A stretch of 64,000 nucleotides of DNA. It comes from Candidatus Limnocylindria bacterium (GTDB lineage Bacteria > Chloroflexota > Limnocylindria > QHBO01). Where the stretch lies: NCBI GenBank assembly GCA_036262075.1, contig DATAJO010000013.1, positions 1,553 to 65,552 of the forward strand, in the 5' to 3' direction. Both the position numbers and the translations under genes were made by a program. How positions within the stretch are numbered: the first letter of the stretch is position 1; every line of letters starts with the position of its first letter. The notes under the pieces were generated by a model, which searched no databases, had not been told where the DNA came from, and worked only from the letters and a program-made list of their open reading frames with translations. Below, one piece after another: positions 62,256 through 64,000 of this stretch.

Positions 62256-63253
62256 TGGCCCTGATCCAGATCGTCGTGGCGCTGCTCCTCGCCTTCATCG
62301 GCATGGTGCTCCTGGCGCCGATCTACATCAGCCTCCTCCAGCGCCTCGGCTACGGGAAGCAGATCCGGGTCGAGGGGCCGGAGGGCCACTACGGCAAGGC
62401 GGGCACGCCGACGATGGGCGGCATGCTCATGGTCGGGGTCGTCCTGTTCCTGGCCATGGCGCTGCGCATCGAGGACGCGGCCACCCTGACGCCGATGCTC
62501 ACGCTCCTCGGCGTCGGCATCCTCGGGGCGATCGACGACTTCGTCAACGTGCGCAGCGGCATCGGCATGCGGGGCCGCTGGAAGCTCGTGTGGCAGACCG
62601 CGGTCGCCATCCTCGCCGCGTTCTACATCTGGCGGCACTTCGACCTGACCGGCCTGAACGTGCCGTACGTCGGCCAGTTCGAGGTCGCGGCGCCGGTCCT
62701 CATCGGCTTCATCGCCTTCGTCATCGTCGGCACGAGCAACGCGGTCAACCTGACCGATGGCCTCGACGGGCTCGCCGGCGGGGTGCTCATCTTCGGCTTC
62801 GTCGCCTACCTGCTCATCAGCCTCGTGGCCGTGCCGGACGTCAAGGACCCGCATCCGGAGCTTGCCGTGTTCTGCGCCCTCGTCATCGGCGCGCTCATGG
62901 GCTTCCTGTGGTTCAACGTCCACCCGGCGCAGATCTTCATGGGCGACTCGGGGGCGCTCAGCCTCGGCGCCACGCTTGCCGTGGTGGCCACGGTGAACGG
63001 CCAGCTGCCGCTGCTGGCGATCGTCGGCATCGTGCCGTTCGCGGTGATCATGAGCGTCGTCCTCCAGGTGCTCTCGTACCGGCTGTGGGGCCGGCGGATC
63101 TTCCGCATCGCGCCGCTCCACCACCACTTCGAGCTCCTCGGCTGGGCCGAGGAGAAGATCACGCTGCGCTTCTGGATCGTCGCCGCCCTGGCCGGGCTGC
63201 TCGGCGTCAGCGTCTTCCTCACCGGCCTCGAAGCCCTCCAGAACGTCCCATGA
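62255..63253 (+). CDS. mraY: phospho-N-acetylmuramoyl-pentapeptide transferase MraY
   Basis: Ten-TM protein with the NAVNLTDGLDGLA and HHHFE motifs. Confidence 0.95.
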   Translation: MALIQIVVALLLAFIGMVLLAPIYISLLQRLGYGKQIRVEGPEGHYGKAGTPTMGGMLMVGVVLFLAMALRIEDAATLTPMLTLLGVGILGAIDDFVNVRSGIGMRGRWKLVWQTAVAILAAFYIWRHFDLTGLNVPYVGQFEVAAPVLIGFIAFVIVGTSNAVNLTDGLDGLAGGVLIFGFVAYLLISLVAVPDVKDPHPELAVFCALVIGALMGFLWFNVHPAQIFMGDSGALSLGATLAVVATVNGQLPLLAIVGIVPFAVIMSVVLQVLSYRLWGRRIFRIAPLHHHFELLGWAEEKITLRFWIVAALAGLLGVSVFLTGLEALQNVP

Positions 63254-64000
63254 TGGCCACGCCGATGCGGCCCGTCCGCTCCGCCGACGACCTCCGCGGC
63301 CGCACCGCGGTCGTGCTCGGGCTCGCCCGGTCCGGCGTCGCCGCCAGCCGCTTCCTGGCCGATGCCGGCGCCTCGGTGACCGCGTACGACAGACGCTCTG
63401 CCGACGAACTGGCCGATGCGGTCGCCGCCCTCGGCGGACGACCGGTCGAGCTGGCGCTCGGCGTGTCGGAGGCCGACGCGCTGGCGCGGATCGCCGCGGC
63501 CGACCTGCTCGTCACCTCGCCGTCGGTCTCGCCCCGCGTCCCGACGACCGACCCGTGGCTGCGCGAGGCGCTCGCCGCCGCCGAGGATCGCGGTGCCGAG
63601 ATCGTTAGCGAGGTCGGGCTGTTCCTGCGCCTCACCGCCGCCCGCGTGCTGGCCGTGACCGGCACGAAGGGCAAGACGACGACCGCCTCGCTGCTTGCCG
63701 CGATGCTCGAGGCCGGCGGCGTGCCGCACGTGCTGGGCGGGAACATCGGGACGCCGCTCATCGAGCGATCGCTGGCGCTCAGCCCCGACGACTGGGCGGT
63801 CCTCGAGCTGTCCGAGCTCCAGCTGCCGACGATCGACCGCGGGGCCGACGTCGCCGTCTACACCAACGTCGGCGCCGACCACCTCGACCGGCACGGGACG
63901 GTCGAGGCGTACCGGGCCGTGAAGGCGCGCCTCGCCGCGCTCACCGTCGCGGGCGGCGGGCGGGTCGTCCTCAACGCCGACGACCCCGGCTGCGTCGAGC
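63250..64000 (+). CDS. murD: UDP-N-acetylmuramoylalanine--D-glutamate ligase MurD (3' end outside the window)
   Basis: N-terminal Rossmann fold (VVLGLARSG) and the Mur ligase P-loop VTGTKGKTTTASL; the frame stays open to the window end. Confidence 0.85.
   Translation, partial: MMATPMRPVRSADDLRGRTAVVLGLARSGVAASRFLADAGASVTAYDRRSADELADAVAALGGRPVELALGVSEADALARIAAADLLVTSPSVSPRVPTTDPWLREALAAAEDRGAEIVSEVGLFLRLTAARVLAVTGTKGKTTTASLLAAMLEAGGVPHVLGGNIGTPLIERSLALSPDDWAVLELSELQLPTIDRGADVAVYTNVGADHLDRHGTVEAYRAVKARLAALTVAGGGRVVLNADDPGCVE

Overview
This is a high-GC (about 70%) bacterial chromosomal segment; its gene content and codon style suggest an actinobacterial, Thermoleophilia-like or Chloroflexi-like lineage. 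Most of it is densely packed core housekeeping. Reading 5'->3', the window contains:
- a tsaD(partial)-rsmA-ispE-ridA-glmU run;
- a CorC/CNNM-type membrane protein, a polyprenyl synthase, recO, glyQS, a TPR/HTH/zinc-ribbon trio, corA and ppdK;
- an ECF sigma / ZAS anti-sigma pair, dnaG-rpoD and tRNA-Asn;
- a roughly 14 kb accessory catabolic island: an RpiR regulator, two LLM oxidoreductases, a split ComD/ComE-like TPP decarboxylase, an amidohydrolase, a DDAH-like amidinotransferase, an opine dehydrogenase, an MR/MLE enolase-superfamily enzyme, an M24 creatinase-like hydrolase and a TctC + fused TctA-TctB transporter;
- small hypothetical proteins, parB-parA and tRNA-Met(CAU);
- a propionate-to-TCA block: pccB-accC-BCCP, a B12-domain-less methylmalonyl-CoA mutase large subunit, the epimerase, sucCD, icd and sdhCDAB;
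- rnhA, a striking ~202 bp x3 tandem repeat array carrying AT-rich palindromic boxes, and the RNase P RNA gene;
- the division/cell-wall cluster mraZ-rsmH-ftsL-ftsI-murF-mraY-murD(partial), with murE conspicuously absent.
Many long ORFs antisense to these genes are GC-skew artefacts and were not called. The findings most worth a second look are the repeat array upstream of rnpB, the opine / guanidino-type catabolic island next to tRNA-Asn, and the TctA-TctB fusion.
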